Below, in pieces: positions 19,703 through 28,984 of a DNA stretch of 64,000 nt. The DNA comes from Candidatus Heimdallarchaeota archaeon. Its GTDB lineage: Archaea > Asgardarchaeota > Wukongarchaeia > Wukongarchaeales > JBHIFL01. The stretch lies in NCBI GenBank assembly GCA_046761065.1, contig JBHIFL010000001.1:111026-175025 (forward strand), given 5' to 3'. The position numbers were made by a program, and so were the translations under genes. Under the pieces are notes generated by a model. That model was not told the DNA's origin. It saw only the letters and a list, made by a program, of their open reading frames with translations, and ran no database searches. The number at the start of each line of letters is the position of its first letter. The first letter of the stretch is position 1.

Positions 19703-20508
19703 AACTGGGAGCAACAAGCTTCATCAACTTTAACAAGTCCATAAAAGATTTTTTGGCGATATTAGCAGCTCAAAACCTGCAATATGTCGAATTGAAATGT
19801 GATTGGCGCGTGTGTGATCCTGAAGTTCTTGTGCCAAGCGCAATTAAGGAATGGCAAGAATTTTTACAATCTTATGGACTCCAGCCGGCGCTCCATGCGT
19901 GTTTCATTGATCTTAATCTGGCCAGTTTGAGCGAACTTATTAGAACAGCGTCAATCAAACGGGTGACCAAGTGTATCCAGATGGCTTCCGAACTTGGGGC
20001 TTCCTATGTCACCATTCATCCGGGGAAATTAAGTCGAGACTATCCCCGCTCCCTATTCCCGAAGGCGTTCGGGTTAGCATTAGGATCGATCCAGAAACTC
20101 CTTCCAGCTTGTGAGGAGCAAAATGTGCTGCTCGCATTGGAAAACGCCCCAAATGGACCCGATCAAGGAGTTCTTACTGATACGAAAACAATGAAGACGT
20201 GCCTTGAGATGATGGATTCCCATGCGATAAGGATCGTAGTGGATATTGGGCATGCCCATACCCATGGCTTGGATCCGTTGCTTTTTTTACATTCCTTGGC
20301 CCCCCATGTCTGTGCGGTTCACATTCACAATAATGATGGGCAAACGGATTCTCACAAACCCTTAGGTGAGGGGACCCTGAACTATCGGCCCATCCTTAAA
20401 GAACTGGTCACAATGCATATCGATGGGCCGATCCTCATAGAAATGCACCAAGTGGAGGATATACTGGCTAGTCGGGATTATCTGAGGAGAAATGGGATTC
20501 AACCATAG
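19699..20508 (+). CDS. Sugar phosphate isomerase/epimerase (xylose-isomerase-like TIM barrel)
   Basis: DLNLAS, TIHPG, LALEN, DIGHAH, HIHNNDG..DSH..LGEG and IE. The GTG start overlaps the upstream TGA (GTGA). Confidence 0.85.
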   Translation: MKLGATSFINFNKSIKDFLAILAAQNLQYVELKCDWRVCDPEVLVPSAIKEWQEFLQSYGLQPALHACFIDLNLASLSELIRTASIKRVTKCIQMASELGASYVTIHPGKLSRDYPRSLFPKAFGLALGSIQKLLPACEEQNVLLALENAPNGPDQGVLTDTKTMKTCLEMMDSHAIRIVVDIGHAHTHGLDPLLFLHSLAPHVCAVHIHNNDGQTDSHKPLGEGTLNYRPILKELVTMHIDGPILIEMHQVEDILASRDYLRRNGIQP

Positions 20509-20724
20509 CGATGAAGTTGCTAACGCTTCGACTCTTTTTTGAAGTTAAAGGGGAGACTGATAAGTCACGAATGAGCAACCCGCATCCGCCAGCCGGAAAT
20601 TCGAACCCCAGTTTCCTCCCATCTCTTCTTGGAGGTTGATCTAAGATTTCAAGTTCGATATCTATATTTGGAGATATTTAAAAAGGGAGTTTTGAAAATT
20701 AAATACTGATGGTGATGGGTCTAG

Positions 20725-21279
20725 GTGGATGAGATGTCAGATGTTACAATTATTGAAGACCCAGCAGCTTCTATGCTGTTAGAACCCATTAAGATGAAGA
20801 TATTAGATCTGCTCAACAAGAAAGAAATGACAATATCCGAGATCTCCCGTGAATTAAAAACAAATAAAGCAAAAATTTCTTACCATATGAAATTATTGCG
20901 GAAAGCAGGTTTAGTGGTCATTTCGCTCGAAGAAGAACGCAAGGGAATGCATTACAAATACTTTCGAGCCGTACACAAAGTGTTGATCCCAGATATCCGC
21001 TCAACCCTCAATGAAGAGAAGAAATTCGCGATGCTTTCCCCCATTAAAACCTTTATTGAGGGCTACTTAGCTGGAGCTGGACTGATTCCCGATTTTAAAA
21101 CCCGGGAACGGCTTTTTGAGGCTGTTTCCGAAGAGATTCTAGCCATCACAAGCAATTTTTCTTCTGAAACTGAAAAAGTGAATGACAGCGATGAAATTCG
21201 TCGGAAGATTTATGCTACCGCTGTCAAAAATGTTCTCAACCAGGAGGACTTTGTTTCAAAACTTAAGAGAGCTTTCTGA
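20725..21279 (+). CDS. ArsR-family winged-helix transcriptional regulator
   Basis: PIKMKILDLL...MTISEISREL...ISYHMKLLRKAGLV...KYF. Confidence 0.88.
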   Translation: MDEMSDVTIIEDPAASMLLEPIKMKILDLLNKKEMTISEISRELKTNKAKISYHMKLLRKAGLVVISLEEERKGMHYKYFRAVHKVLIPDIRSTLNEEKKFAMLSPIKTFIEGYLAGAGLIPDFKTRERLFEAVSEEILAITSNFSSETEKVNDSDEIRRKIYATAVKNVLNQEDFVSKLKRAF

Positions 21280-21897
21280 AATAAAATGAGATTTTTCTCT
21301 CCGTTGACTTTTAACCATATGACACGCGATTAATCCAATATAAGGTTAAAGTCTTGGGGAGTGCTAGATTGATTATAGTCAACCAATTGAGAATCCTTAC
21401 CCGGTTTGACATAGGAATTGGACGAACTCGGATTAGGCTAGGTCATCCTCATAGAACCTTTAAAGTTAATTAGCTCTTCAAAATCATTCTAAAACCGCTA
21501 ATACTTCCAAAAAATAATTCATCAGTTGGATCTTGTATTTTTCCGCGCAACCGCCGTAATAAGCGGCAAGATGTAACCACATAACATGAAGGTGGTTTCT
21601 ATCCTTTTTCCAATAGGGAAAATATGCCACCAATCTATTTATGATTCGCTTGAGAGGTTAAGAACCGTGTTCACTTTCTAAGCTCTCTCTGAGCCAACTT
21701 ATTTAAAACAATCCTATAACTTATGGGTTTCAAAAAGCAATAATCTAATTATACCAGTCCCTATCTCCCATACCTCAAAAAAGACAATACCAGTCAAGCC
21801 ATCTGCATCTTGATTCTTTATAATATCTCTAATGTTCCTCTGAAAATACTTTAATCTTGAGCGGATTCCTTAAAATTAGGCGATTCAGGAGATTTGT

Positions 21898-23229
21898 TTG
21901 ATGCGATCCGTCACGGACCAAGGGAATTTACAATTGAAAGAACATACTACCCGTCTAGACAAGTTTTTAAAGAAAGAAGTCTCGCCTGATGTTGAAGTGC
22001 CTCGGAAAGTAGAGGATGAGGATGTTTCTATTATTGTTGTGGCAGATATTCATGCAGGGTTAAATTTTGATTTTAAGATCGATCCTGATACGGGGATCTC
22101 AGAGAGAGCCCGGGATTTCCACCATAATTTTGTGAGAGCAGCCCAATATGCAATCGAACACAAATCAAGATTATTTGTAGTTTTAGGTGACCTATTTGAA
22201 CGGGCTCATGTAAGCCCAACGTTTAGAGAATGGATTCGGAGCGGTATTATCGAGCCCCTTGGAGAAGCAGGAGTGGAGATCTGGCTGGTTGCAGGAAATC
22301 ATGAACAGCCAAAAAGCCCAGCCCGTGGTACTTCCATTCAAGATTTTCGGGGATACCCTCACGTCAAAGTCTTTATGGAAGCCACTGAAGAGCGCTTGGA
22401 AATTGAAGAGAAGTCGATTGGCGTCTTAATTATCCCTTATCTTCATCCAGAACAGGTCATAAGACTCACACAGAAAGATACCTCACAAAAAGTTTCTATT
22501 GAACAGCAATTTCAATTAGGACAGAGGATCCTTCAAGATCAGATCTTAAAAAAAGCTGAATCGCTTCAGACCGATTTCAAAGCGCTGTTTGCACATTATT
22601 ATATAGAAGGGGCAAAACTGCGTGAAACAAGGTATCTAACAGTATTGCCAAGTGAATTCAAATTTACTTTAGATATGATTCCAAACAACTTAGATCTAGC
22701 CATTTTCGGGCATGTGCATTTACATCAAGTTGTAGGAAAGCGGGGTTCAACAGAAATACTCTATCCAGGAGCCATCGAACGTATTGATTGGGGTGAAAGA
22801 AAAGACAAGAAAGGGTTCCTCATCATAAAACCTTTTGCCCCACAGAAATGGGAATTCATCGAATTGCCGACTCGTGAAATGGTTAAGATATCCGTTCAAG
22901 TACTTATGGGAACTGAAGATCCAACAGCAGTAATTTTGGCAAAAATCCCCCAGAATATCACAGGAAAAATGATACGGTTAGAAATTGAGTCGGGAGAGGG
23001 GATCCAGGAGAAAATTCTCGAGTCTAAAATCGAGGAGAAGCTCAAGGGAGCTTTTCATTATGAAATCCGAATAACAGAACTACATACAGAGAAAATTGCT
23101 CCTGTTAGCTTCACGATGGATCCTTTCAAATTATTTGATGAATTTATCAACCTTAACTACAATAACCATTCAAAAAAGGAACAGATCCTCCAAATTGGAA
23201 GACAATTGATGGCGGAGGTTTTCCAATGA
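21898..23229 (+). CDS. mre11: Mre11/SbcD nuclease
   Basis: Phosphoesterase motifs ADIH, GDLF, GNHE, GHVH, YPGAIERIDWGE; first gene of the operon. Confidence 0.9.
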   Translation: MMRSVTDQGNLQLKEHTTRLDKFLKKEVSPDVEVPRKVEDEDVSIIVVADIHAGLNFDFKIDPDTGISERARDFHHNFVRAAQYAIEHKSRLFVVLGDLFERAHVSPTFREWIRSGIIEPLGEAGVEIWLVAGNHEQPKSPARGTSIQDFRGYPHVKVFMEATEERLEIEEKSIGVLIIPYLHPEQVIRLTQKDTSQKVSIEQQFQLGQRILQDQILKKAESLQTDFKALFAHYYIEGAKLRETRYLTVLPSEFKFTLDMIPNNLDLAIFGHVHLHQVVGKRGSTEILYPGAIERIDWGERKDKKGFLIIKPFAPQKWEFIELPTREMVKISVQVLMGTEDPTAVILAKIPQNITGKMIRLEIESGEGIQEKILESKIEEKLKGAFHYEIRITELHTEKIAPVSFTMDPFKLFDEFINLNYNNHSKKEQILQIGRQLMAEVFQ

Positions 23230-25634
23230 CCCTCCTAGCTCAGTCCGAGACTCAAGACGAGAGATTAATGGAAGGATTTGTGATTAATAAGATCGAGATG
23301 TACAAGTTCATGAGATATCGCCAAAAAACGACAATACCCTTCACGTATCAATTTACTGTGATTTGTGGCCAAACAGGTCATGGGAAGACTACGATCTTAG
23401 ATGCGATCACATTTGCTCTGTACCGGCGAACAAGCCGTACGGATCTTAAGGGGGTCAATATCGAAGATATATGCGATTATTCAGGATATACTAAGATTAC
23501 ATTTAGTCACAAGGGGAGCACCTACTCAGTTAAGAGAGGGCGAGATCGCACTGGAAAATCTACCCTTACTTTAGAACAAGATGGACAGCGGATTGCAGGA
23601 ACCATCCCTGAACTGGATGCAAAAATCGAAGCCATTATCGGATTAGATTATTTGGGGTTCAGGAACTCTACTTTCATCCGCCAAGATGAGATGAAGTCTT
23701 TAGGATCGGAGATCGGTTCTAAACGTTTGGAAATTTTCCAAAAACTCTTCAGATTAGAACTATTCGAGAAAGCCCAGAGTTTAGCAGATCAAAATCAAAG
23801 AATAACGCGTGAACATATTTCGAAGCTCCAAGGAATGATTGAATCTGAGAAACAGCAGATCCTAAAACTATCAGAACTGAGGAAAGAGAAAATAAATTTG
23901 GAACAAGAAATGCAGACAATCCGTCCCCAATTAAATGCGATAACTATTAAACTGAACACGACCGAAACACGTCGGATAGAGCTTCAGAAAAAACATGATG
24001 AATTTATTAAACTAAGAGGACTGAGTGGAGAACGGGAAGAAGAAATTAACCAATTAGTGAAGAGGCTTGAAACCACTGAAAAATCACAAGACCAAATAAA
24101 ACACCTCCAAACTCAAATTGAAGATCTTGAAAAAGAAACATACGATTATGAATCACTTTTTGATCAAGTAAAAACTCTTAGTATACGCCTTACCGAACAA
24201 GCGCAAAAATATAAGTCCCTTCTGGAACAGAAAACCCAGTATGAACAGAACGCTAGCGATTTAACAAAAAAATATGAGGAAAGCATGATTAATCTCAGTA
24301 AAAGGCTTTCTAAGCATGAAAACCGAGTATTAGATCTAAAAAAAACAGTTATTGATAAAGATACCGCCTTTGAAATCCTCAGAACCGAAGGAATGCTCAA
24401 TGAACGAATTTCACGAATAGAAAAAGAAATTAATTGGTTATCAGACAATATAAGTTTAGTCCAAGCATTAAAAAAAGAACAATTGCAAGCCAAATCTCAA
24501 TTAAGTGAGATTCAAACAAAAACGCAACTGATCAATCAAGATTCATTTGTTTTATCAGAAATACAAACCCAGATTACTCAACTGAAAAAGGATCTTGATA
24601 AAATAGAAGCCGAATATGCACAAGAATTATTGCATATTCAAAACAAAATTAGAGAAAAGAATGAGGCCATCAAAACTCTTGGGTATCAAGAGGAAGATTG
24701 GGTAAACCTTCATAAACTTGAGCAAGTTATGAAAGAAAAAAGAGTCAAAAGAGGAGTCTTGGAAAAAAAACGCAATGAGCTCAAAAAGCTAGGAGATCAA
24801 GCCGCACTCGTTGTTGCCTTAACACAGGAGCTCCAACAAAAACGTCATAATTTTAACCAGATAAAAGATAACATAGAAATTTTGCAACCATTTGAGATGG
24901 AATTTAAGCAGATTCAAGAAATGATATTAACCCTGTATGACCAAAAAGAAAAAATACAGACAGAAGTCGCTGAAAAAACCGGGATGTTAAAAAAAATAAC
25001 CGACAACATCGTGAGTTTGGAAGAACTTGCAGGGATTATCCAAGAGAAAGAAGCTCAACTTACAGAATTGCAATCCACAGCAGAAATTTTTACGATTCTA
25101 AAAGAAAATGTGTTTCATAAGATTGGCGTCCCAATGTACGCAATCCAGCAACTCCTTCCCCAGTTAAGCCGCGAAGCCTCCATGAATCTCAGCGATCTAA
25201 CCGATAAGCGATTCACTCAAATGAAACTCACAACATATGATGAGGGAGGCTCTTATGGAATTAAAATTGAGGTTGCAGGCGCAGCGAATCGTTGGATGGA
25301 TGTTCAAGAATTTAGTGGCGGGGAGAAGACTCAGATTAACGGTGCATTACGCTTGGCCATTGCAAAAGAACTCGCAAGAATGCCACAAATCGGTAAAACC
25401 TATGGCCAGATGCGTACCCTGTTTATTGACGAAGGCGATCTCGGGTCCCTAGACACTGAAATCAGCCGAACATTATTTATCAAAAAACTATTTGAACAAG
25501 GGAAGTTTTTCAGAAAGGTTACCCTGATAACACATCTAACAGACCTAATTGAATTGTTTCCTGGAAAAATAAGAGTCTATATGACCCCTACAGGAGAATC
25601 TCGCGTTGATATTGGGGAGGCGTCGGAGAAATGA
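23226..25634 (+). CDS. rad50: Rad50/SbcC SMC-like ATPase (no zinc hook)
   Basis: Walker A GQTGHGKT, Q-loop FIRQDE, long coiled coil, signature FSGGE, Walker B/D-loop LFIDEGDLGSLD and ITH; ATGA overlap with mre11. Confidence 0.9.
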   Translation: MTLLAQSETQDERLMEGFVINKIEMYKFMRYRQKTTIPFTYQFTVICGQTGHGKTTILDAITFALYRRTSRTDLKGVNIEDICDYSGYTKITFSHKGSTYSVKRGRDRTGKSTLTLEQDGQRIAGTIPELDAKIEAIIGLDYLGFRNSTFIRQDEMKSLGSEIGSKRLEIFQKLFRLELFEKAQSLADQNQRITREHISKLQGMIESEKQQILKLSELRKEKINLEQEMQTIRPQLNAITIKLNTTETRRIELQKKHDEFIKLRGLSGEREEEINQLVKRLETTEKSQDQIKHLQTQIEDLEKETYDYESLFDQVKTLSIRLTEQAQKYKSLLEQKTQYEQNASDLTKKYEESMINLSKRLSKHENRVLDLKKTVIDKDTAFEILRTEGMLNERISRIEKEINWLSDNISLVQALKKEQLQAKSQLSEIQTKTQLINQDSFVLSEIQTQITQLKKDLDKIEAEYAQELLHIQNKIREKNEAIKTLGYQEEDWVNLHKLEQVMKEKRVKRGVLEKKRNELKKLGDQAALVVALTQELQQKRHNFNQIKDNIEILQPFEMEFKQIQEMILTLYDQKEKIQTEVAEKTGMLKKITDNIVSLEELAGIIQEKEAQLTELQSTAEIFTILKENVFHKIGVPMYAIQQLLPQLSREASMNLSDLTDKRFTQMKLTTYDEGGSYGIKIEVAGAANRWMDVQEFSGGEKTQINGALRLAIAKELARMPQIGKTYGQMRTLFIDEGDLGSLDTEISRTLFIKKLFEQGKFFRKVTLITHLTDLIELFPGKIRVYMTPTGESRVDIGEASEK

Positions 25635-26704
25635 GTATACCCACTTATTCCAACTCGTACGACTTAAAAGAAAAGATGCAACATGTCCTTAATTTACTCA
25701 GTGAATATTCGGGAATAATTCAGGAGGGGGCTCCAGGTATAGCAGAAAAGTTCCAGATCCATGAGTTCGAATTGAGTGATCAATCTCCTCCAGATTTAGT
25801 AGCTGTAGACGGTTCATATTCTTTCATTCTGAATGTATCAAGCGTTTGGATCGTTATATTGCGAATTGGGGCACTACTTTACGAATTCAAAGAAAATTCG
25901 AGCCAGATTGGATATGTGCTTAAGGAAAGTTACTTTGAGGACAAACCAGAGGTTGTAGCTTCTTACCGGGAAATTGTAAAAAAACAGTCAGCGCTGCATC
26001 AAGAACTCTTTAAAATCTCATTAGCAACTGGAAGAAAAGCGCATCAAACCATTGCAGATGGTTTAAGACGATTGGCAGAACATAATCTTGCACATAAACT
26101 AGCAGGACAAATGCGGGACACAATCATAGCTTTAGATGGCTCCCTCACTACCCAACCCTTACCACCGTTTCAAGATGCTATGCAAGAACTGATAACAAAT
26201 TGCAAACAAAATAATAACACTCTTATTGGAGTTTCTAAGGATTCCAAGACTCATGCCTTCAGATCGTTCATGACAGATGAAGAATTGCTGCGAAAGGCGG
26301 TACCCGATCGAGGATTAGCATTCGTCCGAGCACCTCAATCGTTTGAGCAGAATTACACCCCTCCTCTCTATGGGGACGTCTATTTCGCTCACCTTTCGCC
26401 TAGTGCCCCAAAATGGTTTCGAATCGATCTGGGAACTAATAAAGAAACCCCTACAGAAGTTTTTTCGAATTTAGCTCACTATGCGCGATCTGAAATCTGC
26501 CCTGGATATATTTTTCCGTTAATAGAAGCACATCGTTATGTGGTAGCCGTCCGACACTTCCATCAAGTCTATGAAGAGTTAGTCTTTGAACTTGGGCCCC
26601 AATATGGGTTGAAACCAGATGATATTGTTCTAGCGCGAACAAATATTGAAGGGAGGCGATATGGCGCGTTTCATGAATTCTTAGACAGGATCAGCCGTAG
26701 ATAA
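25631..26704 (+). CDS. nurA: NurA 5'-3' nuclease
   Basis: VAVDGS, IALDGSL, GVSKDS and GYIFPLIEAH; operon position between rad50 and herA. Confidence 0.88.
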   Translation: MSIPTYSNSYDLKEKMQHVLNLLSEYSGIIQEGAPGIAEKFQIHEFELSDQSPPDLVAVDGSYSFILNVSSVWIVILRIGALLYEFKENSSQIGYVLKESYFEDKPEVVASYREIVKKQSALHQELFKISLATGRKAHQTIADGLRRLAEHNLAHKLAGQMRDTIIALDGSLTTQPLPPFQDAMQELITNCKQNNNTLIGVSKDSKTHAFRSFMTDEELLRKAVPDRGLAFVRAPQSFEQNYTPPLYGDVYFAHLSPSAPKWFRIDLGTNKETPTEVFSNLAHYARSEICPGYIFPLIEAHRYVVAVRHFHQVYEELVFELGPQYGLKPDDIVLARTNIEGRRYGAFHEFLDRISRR

Positions 26705-26724
26705 GAAAATGGAGGAGGAATTCA

Positions 26725-28299
26725 ATGAAAATTGGTGAAGTGGTTGCAGCTTCAGTTCTTAAAGGAATTGATGTTAAGCTTAGCCTTGAAAATCCCGAAG
26801 AAACAAATGTCGGCTTTCCTATAATCATTGAAGGAGAATACTACGATTTCTACTGTGTTATCGAGGATGTATATCTCCCAGAAAACAATATGATTGAACG
26901 GCTGGCAGATTCCAAAGTGGGTAAGTCGATAATACCTATGACGGCTCCCGGAATTCATGAAGGGTACAGTGGGCGGATGTTTTACGCCAAAGCGACTTTA
27001 CAAAGTATTCAGCTTATTGATAAGAAAACCGAGCGTTTAATCGATCCTGAAACAATCCCCCCATATTTTTCCAAGGTTCGGAAGGCAACCCAAGAAGATG
27101 TAGAGAAGATTTATGCAGCTACGCCTACGAGCATGCATATCGGAACACTTCGAGGAGTCCCCGACTTTACAATCCCTATTGATTTCGAAAAACTCACCGA
27201 AATGCCCTTTGGGTTGTTCGGTAGAACCGGAGTAGGGAAAAGTATTCTAAATAAAATTCTTAGTAATTGCATCCTTACAAGAGATATCGCAAGCCTGTTT
27301 ATCTTTGATATGCACACCGAGTATGGTCTCTACTCTCGAACCGACAATACACCCGGACTGAAGTTCTTCTATCCAGACAAGGTTGAGCTTTTCACTTTGG
27401 ATCCTACCTCCAACAAGGAGGCAAAGCCGTTCATTATTGACCCTATGGCGATCCAACCAGGTGACTTGATCGTTGCTTTCCAAGACCTTACTGACCGGAT
27501 GATTGATGCAATCTACGAAATCGATCAAAGAAAGCACGGAATGGATTTAATCACTGCAATCGAGAATGCGACCACGGATGCTTTCGCAAGGATTGCGCCG
27601 AGTACTTTACGAGGTCTTCAAGGGCGAACACAAAGACTCCACCGCTTTGCATTCGTAAGACCACTCCCAGCAGGGACTAGAGACACGTTTGATCAGTTGG
27701 TGGAGTATATCAAGCATGGAAAATCCATTGTATTAGACTATGGAACCTTTGGTACCGATTCCATGGCGTATCTATTTGTGGGGAACCTCATTTCACGGCG
27801 ACTCTATAATCTCTATATTGAAGATCAAAGCCTTCCCCGATTAGTTTTGCAAATAGAAGAAGCTCATAAATTTTTAGATCCCCGAGTCGCGTCATATACC
27901 ATCATGGACCGGTTAGCCAGAGAGATGCGAAAATTCAATCTTGTCTTAATGTTAATTGACCAAAGACCAAGTCGTATTGATGAAGAAGTCCGCTCTCAAC
28001 TTGCAAATCGATTAATTCTGTCACTCAAAGAACCCCGAGACATCAGTGATGCCCTAGCAGGAGTCCCAAACGCTACCGTTTGGGCCAAGATCATTGGGGC
28101 AATTCCTCCACGAACCGTATTAGTACAAGGGGACGCTATCCAGGTTCCAACCCTAATTGAAATAATGGAGTACTCCCCAACCTCGATGAAAGCACTGATT
28201 GACCAATATATAACCGCGGAAGAGTCTGAACGACTAACTGAGCAAGATATTAAAAAGATGGTGGAAAAAGCCAAAGATCTTTTTCAGCCATCCGAATAA
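26725..28299 (+). CDS. herA: HerA helicase/translocase
   Basis: N-terminal HAS-barrel-like region, Walker A GRTGVGKS, DMHTEYG, IEEAHKF, REMRKF and DQRPS. Confidence 0.9.
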   Translation: MKIGEVVAASVLKGIDVKLSLENPEETNVGFPIIIEGEYYDFYCVIEDVYLPENNMIERLADSKVGKSIIPMTAPGIHEGYSGRMFYAKATLQSIQLIDKKTERLIDPETIPPYFSKVRKATQEDVEKIYAATPTSMHIGTLRGVPDFTIPIDFEKLTEMPFGLFGRTGVGKSILNKILSNCILTRDIASLFIFDMHTEYGLYSRTDNTPGLKFFYPDKVELFTLDPTSNKEAKPFIIDPMAIQPGDLIVAFQDLTDRMIDAIYEIDQRKHGMDLITAIENATTDAFARIAPSTLRGLQGRTQRLHRFAFVRPLPAGTRDTFDQLVEYIKHGKSIVLDYGTFGTDSMAYLFVGNLISRRLYNLYIEDQSLPRLVLQIEEAHKFLDPRVASYTIMDRLAREMRKFNLVLMLIDQRPSRIDEEVRSQLANRLILSLKEPRDISDALAGVPNATVWAKIIGAIPPRTVLVQGDAIQVPTLIEIMEYSPTSMKALIDQYITAEESERLTEQDIKKMVEKAKDLFQPSE

Positions 28300-28480
28300 G
28301 TTATTGTGTTGAGTTGTGCATTTTATGGGTATAACTTAGCTTTTGGATCAGTATCTACTCTTTTAAAACAGCTAACACCTAAGATATAGGGGTATCTTAT
28401 ATTCTCACTTAATTTCTATTGGAGTTTAAAAATCCCTAGATCGACTAAGGTCTGACTGAAAGAGGAGACTGAAAGTAAAG

Positions 28481-28957
28481 GTCAAGACCCCACTCCTAAA
28501 AGATGTGGAATTGTGATGGTGATAGCAACGCAAGATCAAAACCTTACTGAAAGCAAAATTGGATACTTTACAGGTATTATTGACGGTGAGGGGTGTCTCA
28601 CAATTACAAAGGTAAAAAAACAAGAATTATCTGAGTGGTTTTCGCAATATACCCATCCATCAACTCACGGAGGGCCTGAACACTTGAAAAAAATGAGGAA
28701 ATCTACCAAGAGATTCTAAAAATAAATGAAATACTTAAACCTTGTCTCTATTCAATTCCAATTTAACAGAACATTCCATATCAGGCTACAAGCACGGTGT
28801 GGTGTACGCCAGAGTCTTGTCCTCTTTGACAGACCCACTAAATACCATGTTCTTCCGTGGGGATACTTGATGTGATTTGCCGAAAGGTACTCAACTCTAA
28901 CAGGAAGACTATCGAAAATGTAATCGTAATTCCTCCCCCTACTTAACTAGGAGATTT
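28481..28957 (+). mobile_element. Degenerate IS200/IS605-type (IscB/HEARO omegaRNA-like) non-autonomous element
   Basis: The 5' end is GTCAAGACC-CCACTCCTAAAAGATGTGG-AATTG (GTCAA plus hairpin). An omegaRNA-3'-like segment TTGCCGAAAGGTACTCAACTCTAACAGGA lies at ~28877-28905. A far-end-like AATTCCTCCCCCTACTTAACTAGGAGATTT lies at 28928-28957. No IscB ORF is present. Confidence 0.45.
28513..28719 (+). pseudogene. LAGLIDADG homing endonuclease N-terminal fragment, frameshifted
   Basis: IGYFTGIIDGEGCLTI is a LAGLIDADG motif. Shifting frame in the A7 run at 28614-28620 continues as KNKNYLSGFRNIP and then stops. Confidence 0.7.
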
Positions 28958-28984
28958 TAAGTAGAGGTAGAAGGTGATAATATA

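Noticed and set aside
28300-28984. Replication origin next to the Cdc6-like gene
   Set aside because: No ORB-like repeats were recognised, and the interval is occupied by mobile-element remnants.
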